From IMG/VR virus record IMGVR_UViG_3300046000_004102, positions 1 through 59,966 of that record: a stretch of 59,966 bases of DNA. One strand, written 5' to 3'. Source of the DNA: a virus. Its lineage: Duplodnaviria; Caudoviricetes. Shown one piece after another: positions 56,421 through 59,966 of the stretch (the stretch's first letter is position 1; every line of letters begins with the position of its first letter). The notes below the pieces were generated by a model. That model was given only the letters and a program-made list of their open reading frames with translations, was not told the origin of the DNA and did not search any database. The position numbers and the translations under genes were made by a program.

Positions 56421-57043
56421 ATACTCACTATTACCAAAACCATGAAGAAAATAAGGCAAAGGCTCTCGCTTACTATCATAAAAATAAGGAGCGTATCAAT
56501 GCAGCTAAACGTTCAGTTCGAAAAGAAGACGTTGCAACAGAACGTAAAACAGAAGAGCAAATAAAAAAAGCTCTTCGCAATAAAGAATATCGAGAAAGAA
56601 ATAGAGAAGAATTAAAAATTAAACGAATTGCTAGGCGAAAAACTAATGATACTGCAGAGAAAGCTGCTAGACGAGAATGGTATCACAAGAACAAAAAGAA
56701 ACAGGAAATGCTAGAGGACGGTAGTTATTTAATAACGCTCAAACAAATAGGTCGAATGATCGGTGTTAAAGAGGATCTGGCAACCAAGATAAGTAAAACC
56801 GAATCGTATAAGATGCCTAAAGCTAAGATGGCACGTTGTGACGGTACTTCTCTATACTGCCGTGATGAGATCGAAGAGTGGTTACCATATGTACGTGAGG
56901 TTGTGGCGTTCTACTCACCTAAAAAGAAACCTATAAAACTTACCGGAGCAGCAGTACATATAGTTAATTTCATGAGAAATAACGCAGAGATCATAAAGTA
57001 CTGTGACGAAATTCGTAGAAATAAATCAGAGGTCTACGCATGA
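56417..57043 (+). CDS. Basic protein with possible C-terminal AlpA/Xis-like winged HTH
   Basis: YY..NKE repeats; ITLKQIGRMIGV...MPK...LY.RDEIEEW. Confidence 0.5.
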   Translation: MNTHYYQNHEENKAKALAYYHKNKERINAAKRSVRKEDVATERKTEEQIKKALRNKEYRERNREELKIKRIARRKTNDTAEKAARREWYHKNKKKQEMLEDGSYLITLKQIGRMIGVKEDLATKISKTESYKMPKAKMARCDGTSLYCRDEIEEWLPYVREVVAFYSPKKKPIKLTGAAVHIVNFMRNNAEIIKYCDEIRRNKSEVYA

Positions 57044-57243
57044 AACTACAACAAATGCAATACCCATTGCCAAATGACAACGCTAGGTGCTTGGGTACAG
57101 ATTGCGATCAACGCAGAGCGTGTCAAAGGCATTTGACTATTGAAATAGACCCAGCTCCGATTAAGTGGTTTGGGGACTTTAAGAAAGAGTTAAATAATGA
57201 TGAAGATAAGTGTGACCTATTTATTGAGTTTGGAGGTATGTGA
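57040..57243 (+). CDS. Small Cys-rich protein
   Basis: D.ARC....C..R..C.R....C. Confidence 0.55.
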   Translation: MKLQQMQYPLPNDNARCLGTDCDQRRACQRHLTIEIDPAPIKWFGDFKKELNNDEDKCDLFIEFGGM

Positions 57244-57467
57244 TGAACAGAGAAGCAGTGGTAAACCTATTTAAAAAAGTAGCAAGGATACTAGAAGACG
57301 ACAAGGAATACGAATGGTTAGCTGATGAGGTCAAAGATTACTTAAATGAAATATATGTTAATGAAGAAGCAGAACTTGAACAAGCGTTAAAAGATACTAT
57401 TGACGAGGAAAGAATAAGACAAATAATGATAGATTGCATCTCATATAATGTTGGAGAAGAGAAATGA
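57240..57467 (+). CDS. Hypothetical protein
   Basis: ORF track; RBS ggagg. Confidence 0.55.
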   Translation: MMNREAVVNLFKKVARILEDDKEYEWLADEVKDYLNEIYVNEEAELEQALKDTIDEERIRQIMIDCISYNVGEEK

Positions 57468-57814
57468 GTATTGAACTATTGATTTATGTTGCGGATTTAG
57501 CTGACAGAGTTCCAGCTATTAGAGTTATTGCCGTCTCAGTTATTATTGGCGCTTTAATTTTTGCTGGGGTAAATATGCGGGATAAGGATGACGATAGCTC
57601 TAAAACGGTAGACTATTGTAAAAAAATAGGGCACATAAGCGCAATAATTGTAGTGGTATGCTTTTTTATACCATCGCAGAAAACAATATACATGATGGCG
57701 GGTGCATCAATAGGTAGAGAAGTTGCGCAATCTGATATTGCTATTAAAGTTAAAAAGATTATTGAGTCTAAGCTAAACGACTATGTAAAAGAATTGGAGA
57801 AGAAAGGTGAGTAA
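57464..57814 (+). CDS. Two-TM membrane protein
   Basis: Two hydrophobic helices; IPS.KT.Y.M motif. Confidence 0.6.
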   Translation: MSIELLIYVADLADRVPAIRVIAVSVIIGALIFAGVNMRDKDDDSSKTVDYCKKIGHISAIIVVVCFFIPSQKTIYMMAGASIGREVAQSDIAIKVKKIIESKLNDYVKELEKKGE

Positions 57815-58169
57815 AGATAGAGAAGATAAGTTCCAAGATTTAACAACCTACGGGGTAAGCTTTTCTAAAGGAGGGCAACGAATAGATCCTAGAGATGTTT
57901 ATATATCTACTGAACCTGAGCAAGAGCCTGTGGCTTGGCTACATGAGTGGGTAGATGAATATGGCGAGCCTGTTAAAAGGGTTGTTTGCAACTTTTATGA
58001 GGGTCTAAATTTAATTCCTCTCTACACTGCACCGCCAAAACGTGAGCCTTTGAGCGAAGATAAACTCGATGTACTTGCTGAGGCTAATATAACAGACGAG
58101 GGCATTGCAGGATATTATTTGGGTTTTAGAGACGCTGAGAAGCATCACGGCATTGGAGGTGGGGAATGA
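57807..58169 (+). CDS. Mosaic mini-gene 1 (EPVAW...LYTAP...AEKHHGIGG)
   Basis: ORF track. Confidence 0.65.
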   Translation: MSKDREDKFQDLTTYGVSFSKGGQRIDPRDVYISTEPEQEPVAWLHEWVDEYGEPVKRVVCNFYEGLNLIPLYTAPPKREPLSEDKLDVLAEANITDEGIAGYYLGFRDAEKHHGIGGGE

Positions 58170-58333
58170 GTAAAGAAAGAGAGTTACCTGATGCTGATTG
58201 TAAGAATTGCTATTACAAATTAGGTTCATATGCAGAGTCTACTTATCAATGGTGTTATATGTTCAAGGAAAGCCCAGGAAATAAATGTGGTCAGTTTAGA
58301 ACCATTAAGACATTTGATGGAGAACGCAAATGA
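58166..58333 (+). CDS. Small Cys-rich protein (MSKERE start)
   Basis: MSKERELPDADCKNCYY...WCYMF...KCGQF... Confidence 0.6.
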   Translation: MSKERELPDADCKNCYYKLGSYAESTYQWCYMFKESPGNKCGQFRTIKTFDGERK

Positions 58334-58701
58334 GTAAAGAAAGAGAATTGTTAGAAAGAGTTATATCTGGAGATGATGATGGTGATTTTTTCATTAGCCA
58401 CAGACTATACAAAGACATTGAAACATTCCTAGCCCAACCTGAGCCTACATCAGAGCCTGTGGCTTGGATGGTAGAAACCCATTTTAATAATGAGCCTATC
58501 AAAGAGATTCATACGGTTAAACCAATGGAACGAGTTTATAAATATTGTATAGTTACAGAGCTATACTCAGCACCGTTAAAACCGTTAACTGGTATAGAAA
58601 TATCAAACGGTTTTAAAGCTGATGATGAAGCCACACATCCCTACAGTTATTGGGCGGGTGTTGAATTTGCTGAGAAGCATCACGGTATTGGAGGTGGGTA
58701 A
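58330..58701 (+). CDS. Mosaic mini-gene (MSKERELL...EPVAW...AEKHHGIGG)
   Basis: ORF track. Confidence 0.65.
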   Translation: MSKERELLERVISGDDDGDFFISHRLYKDIETFLAQPEPTSEPVAWMVETHFNNEPIKEIHTVKPMERVYKYCIVTELYSAPLKPLTGIEISNGFKADDEATHPYSYWAGVEFAEKHHGIGGG

Positions 58702-58811
58702 TGATAGTTTCTATAGGGTTGTTAACGGTAGCTATATGTATTTGCTCATGGCGTATAGGGGAGCTAACAAAGCTATTGAAAAAGCATCACGGTATTGGAG
58801 GTGGGGAATGA
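58701..58811 (+). CDS. Small membrane peptide ending KHHGIGGGE
   Basis: MIVSIGLLTVAICICSWRIGELTKLLKKHHGIGGGE; TAATG overlap. Confidence 0.55.
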   Translation: MIVSIGLLTVAICICSWRIGELTKLLKKHHGIGGGE

Positions 58812-59017
58812 ATCTAATTGGTAAGATTGATAGTTTTCCTGAACTAGGCAATACAATCGTTATTGATGGCAAAATATATGTTAAGAAGCAAGAGCCTTTG
58901 AGTGAAGATAAACTCGATGTACTTGCTGGGGCTAATATAACAGACGAGGGCATTGCAGGATATTATTTGGGTTTTAGAGATGCTGAAAAACATCATGGCA
59001 TTGGAGGTGAGGAATGA
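58808..59017 (+). CDS. Mosaic mini-gene ending AEKHHGIGGEE
   Basis: ATG 58808 after a GGAGGT RBS. Confidence 0.6.
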   Translation: MNLIGKIDSFPELGNTIVIDGKIYVKKQEPLSEDKLDVLAGANITDEGIAGYYLGFRDAEKHHGIGGEE

Positions 59018-59283
59018 ATAAAGTAAGAAAGTTAGCAGCGGAATGTAACATAAGAAGTGGTGACGTAGATAAGTTTGCAGCACATTTGTACCACGATGGC
59101 TACAGCGCCAAAGTTCGTAATGATGATACTGCAGCCCTTCGTGACCACTTTGCTGGACTTGCAATGCAAGGGGTATTAGCTATGGACGATGATATAGATT
59201 ATAAATACATAAGTTCAGTTGCATACATCATGGCAGACGCAATGTTAGAAGAGAGAATGCTGGCAGAGAGGAAAAAAAGATGA
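59014..59283 (+). CDS. Phage protein, LRD.FA..AMQG...AY..ADAML family
   Basis: Motif visible in translation. Confidence 0.65.
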   Translation: MNKVRKLAAECNIRSGDVDKFAAHLYHDGYSAKVRNDDTAALRDHFAGLAMQGVLAMDDDIDYKYISSVAYIMADAMLEERMLAERKKR

Positions 59284-59468
59284 CTGAACTAAGAGATACG
59301 ATAGCAACAGCTGTACTGCAGGGGTTTATTCAATATATGGGGTGCGATCCTGAAGATTTATTATACCCAAAACGAGAGCAGAAAAATAAACATGCTCTAA
59401 GTAAGTCAGCGTATGCCTATGCTGATGCAATGTTAGAAGAAAGGGAGAAGAAAAATGGCAATGACTAG
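59280..59468 (+). CDS. Paralog of the preceding ADAML-family protein
   Basis: LRDTIA...LQG...AY.YADAMLEER. Confidence 0.65.
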   Translation: MTELRDTIATAVLQGFIQYMGCDPEDLLYPKREQKNKHALSKSAYAYADAMLEEREKKNGND

Positions 59469-59673
59469 AGATGAAACAATAAAATATTTTATGAGAGCTA
59501 TTGAAGAATTAAGAGAGTCGGTAGATACTGAAACATTTAATACCGCTATGCAAGGGTTTGCAGATCATATGACGGGGGCAGTAGTTATTAATAATAAAAA
59601 TTTACCACAGAAAATGCAAGGTATGAGCGCCGACTATATACTGATAGATGACATTGCAATGAAGGACGAATGA
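59455..59673 (+). CDS. Hypothetical protein
   Basis: ORF track. Confidence 0.5.
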   Translation: MAMTRDETIKYFMRAIEELRESVDTETFNTAMQGFADHMTGAVVINNKNLPQKMQGMSADYILIDDIAMKDE

Positions 59674-59918
59674 TGAGCAGTCAAATAATACTAAACTACC
59701 GAACAGAAAATGATAGATGGGTTATTGATTTTAATCGTGACCAAGAGAACTTTGGAGTATTTAAAGCCTTTTTAGAGCAGCTTGAATTTGATATACAACA
59801 AGATAATATAAAACGCCTAGTGCTATGTATGAGGCAAGATAATAAAAGTGTTTTAGCACAAGCGGTTTTAGATTATATGAAAGAGATCAATGCACCTATT
59901 GATATGGAGAAAGAGTAA
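59670..59918 (+). CDS. Hypothetical protein
   Basis: ORF track. Confidence 0.5.
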   Translation: MMSSQIILNYRTENDRWVIDFNRDQENFGVFKAFLEQLEFDIQQDNIKRLVLCMRQDNKSVLAQAVLDYMKEINAPIDMEKE

Positions 59919-59966
59919 TGAATACAAGAGATAAGATAGCTATAGCGGCTATGAATGGGTTAATAT
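59918..59966 (+). CDS. Partial third ADAML-family paralog (runs off the window)
   Basis: MNTRDKIAIAAMNGLI; TAATG overlap. Confidence 0.5.
   Translation, partial: MNTRDKIAIAAMNGLI

Larger units (their letters stand above)
58044..59017. repeat. 126-bp dispersed direct repeat (58044-58169 and 58892-59017) plus shorter KHHGIGG junction repeats
   Basis: Near-identical gagcctttgag...ggaggtg.ggaatga copies 848 bp apart. Confidence 0.9.

Noticed and set aside
58622-58807. N-terminal extension of ORF 58622-59017
   Set aside because: It overlaps two better-supported genes; the likely start is ATG 58808 after GGAGGT.
58044-59017. Diversity-generating retroelement TR/VR pair
   Set aside because: Differences between the copies are mixed transitions (several C/T), not adenine-specific, and no reverse transcriptase is in the window.

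Overview
This window is a roughly 60 kb piece of a tailed dsDNA bacteriophage with podovirus (P22/APSE/HTVC010P-like) architecture, truncated at both ends. Bases 1-38009 (almost all minus strand) are the late module: putative TerS, TerL, portal, GroES-like co-chaperonin, scaffold, major capsid, small basic core-like proteins, adaptors, several tail-fibre genes, a GH108 endolysin, two 2OG-Fe(II) oxygenases, a gp10-like tail hub and three large ejection-type proteins. The last of these is missed by the ORF track and carries an SLT domain and an HExxxH metallopeptidase-like motif. Bases 38010-40170 are a repeat-rich switch region, where a Cys-rich Gp88-like gene is bracketed by microsatellite arrays. 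Bases 40170-59966 are early and replication genes: many small ORFs, Rha, a SleB-like hydrolase, a candidate origin, primase-helicase, a Cro-like HTH, a DUF2800 nuclease, SSB, a family B DNA polymerase, VRR-NUC, an SNF2 helicase and a mosaic mini-gene array. Six free-standing homing endonuclease genes are present. No integrase, CI repressor, tRNA, CRISPR array or reverse transcriptase was seen. The most notable unexplained signals are: a hydrophobic-x-x-G-G motif shared by five putative capsid-internal proteins; nine copies of a 17-bp palindromic operator, several overlapping promoters; two candidate pseudoknotted RNAs; a dioxygenase pair bounded by a 12-bp direct repeat; and an array of mini-genes sharing a KHHGIGG/RBS junction. 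All family assignments come from motif recognition by eye, not database searches.
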